From the NCBI GenBank assembly GCA_965208945.1, contig OZ242366.1, positions 1,762,123-1,826,122 on the forward strand: 64,000 nucleotides of DNA. Direction: 5' to 3'. The translations under genes were made by a program, and so were the position numbers. Source of the DNA: Bryobacterales bacterium. GTDB taxonomy: Bacteria > Acidobacteriota > Terriglobia > Bryobacterales > UBA6623. The notes under the pieces were generated by a model. That model was not told the origin of the DNA. It made no database searches and worked only from the letters and a program-made list of their open reading frames with translations. Of this stretch, positions 50,027-58,259 are shown piece after piece. The first letter of the stretch is position 1; every line of letters begins with the position of its first letter.

Positions 50027-50913
50027 CCGCCGGCTTGGGGGCGGACGAGCGAGTATAGCTCACGGACGTCTCTGCGGTAGGTTCCGTGTTCATCGGCAGG
50101 CGTTTCGAGGATGAACGTCTTGCCGAGCAGGCCGGGATGGCGCAACAGGCGGCGGAATGTTTCACGTCCCAGGAAGCCGCGTCCGATGTTCTCGTGGCGG
50201 TCGCGGCGCGAGCCGAGAGCGGTTTTGGAATCGTTGGCGTGAAGCACGGGAATATTGGCGAGTCCGATGCTTTGGTCGATTCGATGGAGCGTGGCCTCGA
50301 AATCCCTGGTCGTGGTGAGATCAAAGCCAGCTTCATAGCAGTGCGCTGTATCGAGACAGAAGCCGACGGGGAGGTCGGCATTCATCCGGATACGGTCACG
50401 CATCTCGGCAAGCTCCCCGAACTCCCGTCCGAGGGTTTGCCCGCCCCCGGCAGTGTTTTCCAGCAGCAACGTGAAGCCGTTCCAGGCGGTGTTCCCGGCG
50501 GCTTCGGCTACGGAGTCGGCCAGAGTGCGGATGGCGCTGTCGATGGCCTGCCCTTTGTAGCTGCCGGGATGGATGACGAGATAGTCGGCGCCAAGCAGGC
50601 GAGCCCGCTGCATCTCATCCCGAAACGCCGTGATGGACTTGCTACGGACGGCGGAGTCGGCCGCGGCGAGGTTGGTGAGGTAGTTGCCGTGGATCACGAG
50701 GGGCCGCAGGCCGTGCTCGGCGCGCAGTTCCCGAAACTCCGCTACTGCGTTCAGGTCGAGGGGCGCGCTACGCCACATGCGGGGACTGCGAGAGAAGATC
50801 TGCAGCGTGTTGCAGCCGGATTCGAGGGCGCGAACGACTGCCTTCGTCAAGCGGCCAGCGATGGAGACGTGCGCGCCGATCCGCGGGGTCTGGAAGGCGC
50901 TGCTAGTCTGCAT
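50023..50913 (-). CDS. nfo: Deoxyribonuclease IV (endonuclease IV)
   Basis: IGAHVSIAG, HGNYLTNL, VIHPGS, ENTAG, CLDTAH, HANDSK, DRHENIG, ILETP. Confidence 0.95.
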   Translation of the reverse strand: MQTSSAFQTPRIGAHVSIAGRLTKAVVRALESGCNTLQIFSRSPRMWRSAPLDLNAVAEFRELRAEHGLRPLVIHGNYLTNLAAADSAVRSKSITAFRDEMQRARLLGADYLVIHPGSYKGQAIDSAIRTLADSVAEAAGNTAWNGFTLLLENTAGGGQTLGREFGELAEMRDRIRMNADLPVGFCLDTAHCYEAGFDLTTTRDFEATLHRIDQSIGLANIPVLHANDSKTALGSRRDRHENIGRGFLGRETFRRLLRHPGLLGKTFILETPADEHGTYRRDVRELYSLVRPQAGG

Positions 50914-51083
50914 GTCTCACCACCCGACGGTCGAAGCACGCGAGAGAAAGGCCGTGACTCGTGACTCGTGAAAAACCTTAAAGACCATGTTGCGCGCGCC
51001 TTTTTCCTCCGCCCGGCACGCGCCTCGTCCTGACGGCCCTCTCACTCCCTTCGCCTCGCCGCGTTGTGAGAAATGCGGGTCAG
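50903..51083 (+). mobile_element. MITE-like family A copy
   Basis: CTAGTCTGCATGTCTCACCAC ... GTTGTGAGAAATGCGGGTCAG. Confidence 0.82.
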
Positions 51084-51118
51084 GCATTCGGGTTGCCGCG
51101 CGAGGAACGGAGCGGCGG

Positions 51119-52147
51119 CTAGGGCAGCGTACCTTCGGCGTTGAGGGCGATGCGATACAGCCCCGTACGGGCGGTCATGTAGAGCGTCTTGCCGTCGTCG
51201 CCCCAAGCAACGTTGGCGGGGACTTCCTCCGGCTGAATGCTGCCGAGATGCTTGCCTTCGGGGTTGTAGATCCAAACGCCTCCGGGCCCGGTCAGGTAGA
51301 GGTTTCCCTGCTTGTCGAGCTTGAGACCGTCGGGCAGGCCTTCGGCGGTCTCGGATGTAGCGTCGGCGAAGACACGGCCTTCATCGAGAGAGCCATCGTC
51401 TTTGACGCCATAGGCCATCCAGACCTTGTGAGCGGCGTCGGAGTTGGCGACGTAGAGCGTCTTCTCGTCGGGGGAGAAGCCGAGGCCGTTGGGCCGGGTC
51501 TGCTTGTCGTTCAGCAACTCCAGCTCACCGTCCGGACCGAGGCGGTAGATGCCGTTGAAGTCCAGTTCCTTCGCCGGGTCGTCATCCAGGCCCGCCAAAC
51601 CGTAGGGGGGGTCGGTGAAGTAGGCCCAGCCGTCCGACTTGTAAACGATGTCGTTGGGGCTGTTGAGGCGCTTGGAGTTGTACCGTTCGGCGATGACGGT
51701 TTCCTCGTTGTCCTGCTCGATGCGCAAGATGCGCCGGTTGCCGTGCTCGCAGATGATGAGGCGGCCCTGGGGGTCGCGGGTGAGACCGTTCGAGCCGACG
51801 TAGCGGCCTTCTTCGTACTCGCCCTCGAAGACCGGCTTGCGGAAGTCGCTGACCTCGCCCGAGCCGGCGTCCCATTTGTAGATGGCGTTCCCGCGGACAT
51901 CGCTGAAAAGCAGGTGGGGGCCGCCCTCAGTCCTCCACAGCGGACCCTCGGTGAACATAAAACCGCCGCTCAGTTTTTCGATCTTGTAGTCGGCGGGAAC
52001 GATGGCGTCAAGGGCGGGATCGAGCTTGACGACCGTCCCCGCGCCATGATCCGGCACAGCTTCGGGAGCAGGTTCGCCGCCTCCGCAGGCGATCAAGAGA
52101 AGAGCGAAGAGAATGTTCAAGAGAACTTTACTTTGGAGTTTTGACAT
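51119..52147 (-). CDS. SMP-30/gluconolactonase family lipoprotein
   Basis: Lipobox LIAC, FTEGPLW, GSNG, LNSPND, PNGL, PDGL. Confidence 0.92.
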   Translation of the reverse strand: MSKLQSKVLLNILFALLLIACGGGEPAPEAVPDHGAGTVVKLDPALDAIVPADYKIEKLSGGFMFTEGPLWRTEGGPHLLFSDVRGNAIYKWDAGSGEVSDFRKPVFEGEYEEGRYVGSNGLTRDPQGRLIICEHGNRRILRIEQDNEETVIAERYNSKRLNSPNDIVYKSDGWAYFTDPPYGLAGLDDDPAKELDFNGIYRLGPDGELELLNDKQTRPNGLGFSPDEKTLYVANSDAAHKVWMAYGVKDDGSLDEGRVFADATSETAEGLPDGLKLDKQGNLYLTGPGGVWIYNPEGKHLGSIQPEEVPANVAWGDDGKTLYMTARTGLYRIALNAEGTLP

Positions 52148-52209
52148 GATGGGGTTCCTGTGGGCTGATCCCGTGAAGAATGCATGGGGCTCCACAAGCT
52201 GAATGGAGC

Positions 52210-53967
52210 CTAGTCCAAGATCAACTCTATCAATTTTTGCGAGGGGTCCAATCCGGACACCCGAAAGCTACGCACTTGCCCCGCCTTGAGCGGCTCGCTC
52301 CCCGCCCCGCCGGCGTCTTTGCCGCCGCTCTTCCAGGCGGCCTGCAGCATCGCCCCGAGCGAGGAGACGCTGGCGCCGGCGCTGGCGCTTGCCGGGGCTG
52401 CCGATGCAAGCGACTCTTCGATCGGACAGATAGCCCGGACACCCTCGCCCAACTCGACGAGCGCTTGGGTCTGCTTCACACGAAGTACACGACCGGTCAC
52501 GGTGTCGCCTACTTCGCAGGACATCAGGAAGACATCCTGTGAATCGGGCTCGAGCTGTTTCATGCCCAGCTTCAAGCGCCTCTTCTCGCAGTCCAGCTCA
52601 AGCACCACGACCTTCACCTTCTGATCGGCCTTCAGCATTTCGCGGGGATGATCGAGGCGCTTCCCGGTGGTGATATCGGAGACATGCAGCAGGCCCTCGA
52701 TACCGTCAGACACTTCGATGAAGGCGCCGAACTTCGCGAGGTTACGCACCACGCCTTCAACAATCGCGCCTGGTTCGAGTTCCTTCGCGGCGCGCTCCCA
52801 AGGATCGCCCAAAGCCTGCTTCAAGCCGAGTCCGATACGCCGCTCAGCAGGCTTGAAATCGAGCACGACGACCTCCACGGCTTCACCGATGTTCAGCAGA
52901 TCACTTGGATGCCGGGCCTTACGCGCCCAGGACATTTCCGAAATGTGGATCAGCCCTTCGACACCCGACTCGATCTCGACGAAAGCACCAAAATCCTTGA
53001 GGCGCGTTATCGTGCCCTTCACGCGATCGCCGACGTGGAGCTTCTCGGCGAGCAGTGTCCATGGGTCGGGATTCATTTGCTTCAGCCCGACCGAGATCCG
53101 CTCGCCGCCCTTCTCAATCTTCAGGACCTTGACCTCGAGTTCCCGGCCTTCCGACAGAACAGCGGCCGGATCTTTCACACGCGAGTACGAAATATCCGAG
53201 ACGTGCAGCAGGCCGTCGACGCCTCCAAGGTCCACGAACGCGCCAAAGCCTCGCACACTTCGGATGACGCCCTTCACGACCATACCGGGCTGGAGGCCGG
53301 CTATGGTGTTGCGCCGCGCCTCTTCGCGCTCTTCTTCAAGGATCACGCGGCGGTCGACAATGATGTTCTCGTCGTCGACGTCAAGCTGGATAATGCGGCA
53401 ACGGACTTCCTGACCGACCAGCTTCTTGAGGTCCTCCGAATCCCGGACACCGGTTCGCGAAGCCGGCATGAAGGCGCGCGCACCCACGTCCACGGCCAAG
53501 CCGCCCTTGACGACTTCCTTGACGGCTCCGGTGATGGCGGTACCGTTCCGGAAAGCCATCTCGAACTGAGACCAGTCTCTCGGGCGCTCGGCGATGACGC
53601 GAGAAAGAGTCAGGCAGCCGTCCGCAGAGCGCCCTGTGATGGAGACCAGCACAGAATCTCCCACTGAGAGATCCAGGTTGCCGTCCGGCGCGGATGGGTT
53701 CTTCGCAGATTCGAGAGGCAAAAACGCTTCGGACTTCTGGCCGATGTCGACAAAAAGACCGTCGCTGCGCACGTTCACCACCATTCCCTGGAGCAGCCCA
53801 TCAGAGAACGCATCGGCGGGAGCCTGATTTCCTGGGTGTTCCCATTCGTCGAGCAGTTCGCTCAAGTCGACGTCCTGGCTTTCAAAGGCTCTTTCCTCTT
53901 CAGCGGAGATGGGCGCGGGCTGGCCGGGCACCAAGCCCGCGGATGCCTTCGGTTCCGCTTGCTTCAT
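52210..53967 (-). CDS. rpsA: 30S ribosomal protein S1-like multi-S1-domain protein
   Basis: About six S1 repeats, e.g. FGAFVDLGGVDGLLHVSDIS and FGAFVEIESGVEGLIHISEMSW. May be a paralogue. Confidence 0.8.
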   Translation of the reverse strand: MKQAEPKASAGLVPGQPAPISAEEERAFESQDVDLSELLDEWEHPGNQAPADAFSDGLLQGMVVNVRSDGLFVDIGQKSEAFLPLESAKNPSAPDGNLDLSVGDSVLVSITGRSADGCLTLSRVIAERPRDWSQFEMAFRNGTAITGAVKEVVKGGLAVDVGARAFMPASRTGVRDSEDLKKLVGQEVRCRIIQLDVDDENIIVDRRVILEEEREEARRNTIAGLQPGMVVKGVIRSVRGFGAFVDLGGVDGLLHVSDISYSRVKDPAAVLSEGRELEVKVLKIEKGGERISVGLKQMNPDPWTLLAEKLHVGDRVKGTITRLKDFGAFVEIESGVEGLIHISEMSWARKARHPSDLLNIGEAVEVVVLDFKPAERRIGLGLKQALGDPWERAAKELEPGAIVEGVVRNLAKFGAFIEVSDGIEGLLHVSDITTGKRLDHPREMLKADQKVKVVVLELDCEKRRLKLGMKQLEPDSQDVFLMSCEVGDTVTGRVLRVKQTQALVELGEGVRAICPIEESLASAAPASASAGASVSSLGAMLQAAWKSGGKDAGGAGSEPLKAGQVRSFRVSGLDPSQKLIELILD

Positions 53968-54239
53968 TGCTTTCCCTTGCGCCAATCCACATTGTGACAC
54001 AGGGGTACAACGGCAGCGTTCGCCAGCGCGGAACGAGCCTGGAGAGCCACGGGAACAGCGGCGAACGGCGGACGTTGTGCGGACACCGGCTCAGGGGCAA
54101 TATGCCGCCCATACCGCACCATAGCCGCCCCATGCCGCGCCACAACGCGCAGGAAAGCGGCGACCGGGCGGCGTGCGCGGCGGTCCGGGCGGGGTTTTCT
54201 GATTGTGTGTCCCTTGCGCACCCACGGCGAACCGAACGG

Positions 54240-54373
54240 GTGTAAAGTCCGTGTTTCGTGTCCCGCGATTCGTGAATAACCGTATGGCCGTGTTGCCGGC
54301 GCGGGCGACGCGCGCCTCGTCCTGACGGCCCTCTCGCACTTCACGTCGCCACGTGGTGAAAAATGCAGGTCAG
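54240..54373 (+). mobile_element. MITE-like family A, right part
   Basis: GATTCGTG module, then GCGCCTCGTCCTGACGGCCCTCTC...GTGGTGAAAAATGCAGGTCAG. Contains the mazF stop. Confidence 0.75.
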
Positions 54374-54702
54374 GCAGCGAACATTTCCTGCAAGGCTTGC
54401 AGCACCTTGGTCACGGTTGCCGATGAAAGCCGGCCAAGCCGCCTGGTCAGCCGTGCCGTATCAACCGCTCGAATCTGGTCTACAGCGACGAAGCCGGCAC
54501 GTCTCTGAAAGCGGCACGGCACACGCCACGGATAGGCCCGTCCGCCGGTGGTCATGGGGGCTACGATCGTCGTGCGCAGGTATTGATTCAGCTCGTTGGG
54601 CGAGAGAACGAGACACGGGCGTGTCTTGCGAATCTCACTGCCGGTCGTTGGATCGAGACTCACGAGGTGCACGTCACCGCGGCGGCAGACTACCACTCCC
54701 AT
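54370..54702 (-). CDS. mazF: Type II toxin, PemK/MazF family
   Basis: RRGDVHLVSLDPTTGSEIRKTRPCLVLSP and DQIRAVD motifs. Confidence 0.93.
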   Translation of the reverse strand: MGVVVCRRGDVHLVSLDPTTGSEIRKTRPCLVLSPNELNQYLRTTIVAPMTTGGRAYPWRVPCRFQRRAGFVAVDQIRAVDTARLTRRLGRLSSATVTKVLQALQEMFAA

Positions 54703-54941
54703 TCCTTACTGTCGAAGTCAGTCGATTGCGGCGGATCAAGGAGTTGATCGTAGCCCCGAGCGTGCATATCCCTAGCGGCATCAACCCACCCTGCGCGGGG
54801 CTGGCGCGCCGCTGTGAGGACCAGTCTCCCGGGCTCGGCCCTGAGTTCGACTTCCGCCGGCAACTCTGCTTGCTCCAAGATGGCTTTGGGGATCCGAATC
54901 CCCTGAGAATTGCCGATTCGAACAATACGGGTTATCGTCAT
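54690..54941 (-). CDS. mazE: AbrB/MazE family antitoxin
   Basis: RIGNSQGIRIPK motif; overlaps the mazF start. Confidence 0.92.
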   Translation of the reverse strand: MTITRIVRIGNSQGIRIPKAILEQAELPAEVELRAEPGRLVLTAARQPRAGWVDAARDMHARGYDQLLDPPQSTDFDSKEWEW

Positions 54942-54978
54942 GTAAATACAGTGTAATTACATACGGCACATTCCGCAA
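54940..54978 (-). promoter_or_regulatory. mazEF promoter with overlapping palindromic operator
   Basis: Minus strand TTGCGG-N17-TACACT, 8 nt before the ATG. Palindrome TGTAATTACA at 54952-54961 inside ATGTAA...TTACAT. Confidence 0.65.
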
Positions 54979-55028
54979 TGCACGCTTCACAGAACGGAAT
55001 CACGCAAGACCTCACGACTCAATGCTGT

Positions 55029-55237
55029 TTAGCCTGCCTTTCCCACCACCGGACGGCCGAAGCACGCCATACGGCCGCCAGGACTTCGTTGCGCTTGCTT
55101 GCCGTGCTCGACGTACGGTTCAAGTACGCCTGCGCGCGCCAAGCGGCTCGCGCCTTTTTCCTCCGCCCGGCTTGCGCCTAGTCCTGACAGCCCTCTCACG
55201 CACTTCGCCTCGCCACGTGGTGAGAAATTCAGGCTAG
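55029..55237 (+). mobile_element. MITE-like family A copy
   Basis: TTAGCCTGCCTTTCCCACCAC ... GTGGTGAGAAATTCAGGCTAG. Confidence 0.85.
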
Positions 55238-55279
55238 GACGGCCCCAAGGGATACATCTATGAGAGGCCGTCACCGCGG

Positions 55280-55996
55280 TCAGTTGTTCAACAGCACCTG
55301 CCGCAAGTGGTGCGGGTCGAATTCCATCCCGGAACGGTCGTATGTCAACAGACCGTTGCGCCGCAACTGACTCATGTGCTGGGTAATGATCTCCCGCGAG
55401 GTGCCCACGTGCCTTGCGAGAAGCTCGTGCGTCACCGGCTTGAGACGAATCTTGCTCCCATTGAGCGGCTCGCCGAACGAATCCGCAAGGCGCAGGACCA
55501 CCTTGACCAAACGCTGTGGAATCTGATCCGTCGCAAGGCTCTCGACGCGGTCCTCGGCATCGCGCAGCTTGCGGGCCATCATTCCCAGCAAGGAGGGCCC
55601 GAGCGCCGGCAAGCGCTGCGTGATTTCGTACAGATCCGATGCGCTCCACTCCATGATCGAAGAGTCATCCTGCGCGACAGCCATCTCGCCCCGACAGGAC
55701 TGAACGAGCAGGCAGGATTCACCGAAGAAGGTGTCGCGGCCGCAGAAGTCGAGCACCGTCTCTCGGCCGGAGTGAGAGATGCGGCTGACTTTCACCATCC
55801 CGTCGACAACAAGGTACAGGCTGCGCGCCAGGTCTCCGGGAGTGTAGATGGTTTCTTCTTTCAAGAAATCCTGCGGTTTACGGTGAGGCAGGATATCGAG
55901 CGGGTCTTCCCAGTCGGGCCAGACAGCGATGGATTGAACGGCCCCCAGCGGCATAGAGAGTAACCTCCGTTTCGAGTGCTCTTCCGTATTCGGCAA
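55280..55996 (-). CDS. Crp/Fnr family transcriptional regulator
   Basis: LYLVVDGMVKV, FFGE, and HTH THELLARHVGTSREIIT. Start uncertain (55996 or 55954). Confidence 0.9.
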   Translation of the reverse strand: MPNTEEHSKRRLLSMPLGAVQSIAVWPDWEDPLDILPHRKPQDFLKEETIYTPGDLARSLYLVVDGMVKVSRISHSGRETVLDFCGRDTFFGESCLLVQSCRGEMAVAQDDSSIMEWSASDLYEITQRLPALGPSLLGMMARKLRDAEDRVESLATDQIPQRLVKVVLRLADSFGEPLNGSKIRLKPVTHELLARHVGTSREIITQHMSQLRRNGLLTYDRSGMEFDPHHLRQVLLNN

Positions 55997-56156
55997 TGGT
56001 TGAGCAAGTAACCGGCTCCCAACAACAGGATGCGTCCCCGTAGGGTTGCTCCAACTCAGTTAGACAGATTTCCGTTGAAGTTGGTTACGTTGGAATGTGT
56101 GGTTTGGGTTCGCGGAATGGGAAGTCAACTTCCCAGAGTCGCCGCTCGCGGAGAAG

Positions 56157-56405
56157 CTAGCGGCTCCAGTGTTTTTCGAGGGTCGTCATGAGCCTGTCGT
56201 GGACATCGTTCGGAAGTGGGTGGCATTCGACGTTCTGGAAGATTTCGACCGTCATCTTCGTTTCGTCGAACTCCACCCAGCAGTCCGGGCAGTTGGTCAG
56301 ATGGGCTTCGAGCTGGGCGCGCAAGTCCGGCGCCATCGCCCCATCGACATAGTCCGACACGTGCTCAAGGAAATCCTTACACGTGATTTTCTTCTTGCCG
56401 ATCAT
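56157..56405 (-). CDS. zf-HC2 (ZAS) anti-sigma factor
   Basis: C...SDYVDG...HLTNCPDC (HxxxCxxC); overlaps the sigma factor 3' end. Confidence 0.88.
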   Translation of the reverse strand: MIGKKKITCKDFLEHVSDYVDGAMAPDLRAQLEAHLTNCPDCWVEFDETKMTVEIFQNVECHPLPNDVHDRLMTTLEKHWSR

Positions 56406-57003
56406 CTTTCTTCAGGAACCTTCGCAACTTCTGCCTGAGCTGCAACCGGGCCCGCAGAAGGCGGGATTTCACGGCCGGGAGCGAGATGTTTAACATCTCC
56501 GCCGTTTCCTCAGTCGACAGACCCTCCACATCGCGCAATACGAACACCGGGCGATAGATTTCCGACAGGCTGTCAATCGCCTGCGTCAAGCTTTCCCGCA
56601 ACTCCGTACGGCTCAGGCTCTCCTCGGGGCTTTCGGTTTCCGCCGGCAGCTCCCGTTGGATGGCGCCGTCGCTGGTTTCCAACTCCTGGTCGAGCGAGAC
56701 CGTCACACGGTTCTTTCCGCGCCTCATCCGCATCAGCGCTTCGTTGACCGCGACCCGCACGATCCAGGTGTAGAACTTCGCATTGCCCTCAAACTGCCCG
56801 AGGCGGGAGTAGGCCTTCAGGAACGTGTCTTGCAACACGTCTTCGGCGTCCTGATCGTTCTTGGTGATGTGGCGCGCCACACGGAAGACGCGTTGCGCGT
56901 AGCGGTTCACCAACTGCGTGAACGCACCCTTGTCTCCCTGCTTGGCCTCGGTTGCCAAGGCGATGTCGTCGAACGCAAGGGGCTGGCTGGAGGTATTCGT
57001 CAT
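56377..57003 (-). CDS. ECF RNA polymerase sigma factor
   Basis: DAEDVLQDTFLKAY, FYTWIVRVAVN, VKSRLLRAR. Confidence 0.94.
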   Translation of the reverse strand: MTNTSSQPLAFDDIALATEAKQGDKGAFTQLVNRYAQRVFRVARHITKNDQDAEDVLQDTFLKAYSRLGQFEGNAKFYTWIVRVAVNEALMRMRRGKNRVTVSLDQELETSDGAIQRELPAETESPEESLSRTELRESLTQAIDSLSEIYRPVFVLRDVEGLSTEETAEMLNISLPAVKSRLLRARLQLRQKLRRFLKKDDRQEENHV

Positions 57004-57122
57004 GGGTATCCCGGACAGCAAACCGTCCCCGGCGTTCTCTCATTGTCCGGGGCCATTTCTTCTCGCGCAAGCCAAACAAGCAGTCTGTTATCATGACCAC
57101 CTTTTTGCGGACAGCGACAAGG

Positions 57123-58175
57123 ATGAGACATTCCAAGGAAGAGCTTCTGTCCGAACCGACGCGCCCTTTCCCGATCGACGGCTCCACGTCCGCGTCGGCC
57201 GTCCTCGAAAAGATGCGCTACATCGGCTTCCAGGGCCGTCAACTGGGCCGTGCGTTCGACGTATGGAAGCAGATGCTGGCCGACCCCGAATGCACCATTC
57301 TGATGGGCATGTCGGGAGCGATGGTGCCCGCCGGCATGCGCGAGGCGGTCAAGTTCATGATCGAGAATCGCCTGATTGACGTTCTCGCCTCGACCGGTGC
57401 CAATTTCTTCCACGATATCCACGAGAGCAAGGGGTTTCATCATTACCTGGGCGATCCGGAGATGGACGACGAGAACCTCGGCGACCACATGGTCGACCGG
57501 ATGTACGACATCCTGGCGGACGAGGTCCGTTTCCGGGAGCACGATCTCTGGATCGGCAGCTTCGCGGCCCGACTGGATCAGGCTCGCCCCTACACCACGC
57601 GCGAGTTTCTCTACCTGCTGGGCCGGGAAGTGGGCAAGGACTGCCGGCAAAACGGCATCGTCACCACCGCGGCCAAGACAGGCCTGCCGCTTTTCTGCCC
57701 GGCGATCGGTGACAGCTCGATCGGCATCGGCGTCGCCGAGAGCCGGCACCGGGGCGAGAACCGCCTGATGTTCGACGTTATGGGGGATGTCCTCGAGATC
57801 ACCAACGTCGTCGCCGACTCGAAAGCGACCGGGGTCATCTATTTCGGCGGCGGCACGCCGAAGAACTACATCCAACAGACGGAAGTCGTGGCCATCTTGA
57901 TGAACCGGAGAAAGTCGGGCCACCGCTATGGGATTCAGGTCGTTACCGATGCTCCACACTGGGGCGGTCTGTCCGGCTGCACCTTCGAGGAATCGCAGAG
58001 TTGGGGCAAGCTGGCAAAAGGCGCCCAGATGGTGAACTGCCACTGCGACGCGACGATCGGGATGCCGCTACTGGTCAGCGCGCTCTCGGAACAGAAAGAG
58101 TTGATCGCGAACCGCAAGCCCCCCACTTACGACATGGGGCCCGTGCTCAGGATGCATCCGGGCAACGCAGCCTAG
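57123..58175 (+). CDS. Deoxyhypusine synthase-like protein
   Basis: GFQG, SGAMVPAG, STGAN, DSSIG, GGGTPKN, GGLSGCTFEE..SWGK, DATI. Alternative start at 57093. Confidence 0.9.
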   Translation: MRHSKEELLSEPTRPFPIDGSTSASAVLEKMRYIGFQGRQLGRAFDVWKQMLADPECTILMGMSGAMVPAGMREAVKFMIENRLIDVLASTGANFFHDIHESKGFHHYLGDPEMDDENLGDHMVDRMYDILADEVRFREHDLWIGSFAARLDQARPYTTREFLYLLGREVGKDCRQNGIVTTAAKTGLPLFCPAIGDSSIGIGVAESRHRGENRLMFDVMGDVLEITNVVADSKATGVIYFGGGTPKNYIQQTEVVAILMNRRKSGHRYGIQVVTDAPHWGGLSGCTFEESQSWGKLAKGAQMVNCHCDATIGMPLLVSALSEQKELIANRKPPTYDMGPVLRMHPGNAA

Positions 58176-58259
58176 GATCGGAGACATCTCCGCAGAGCAA
58201 GCTCTCCGTCGCCGCGGCGATGCCTTGTCGGGGCGTGGCCGGTGGGCGAGAATGAACTC

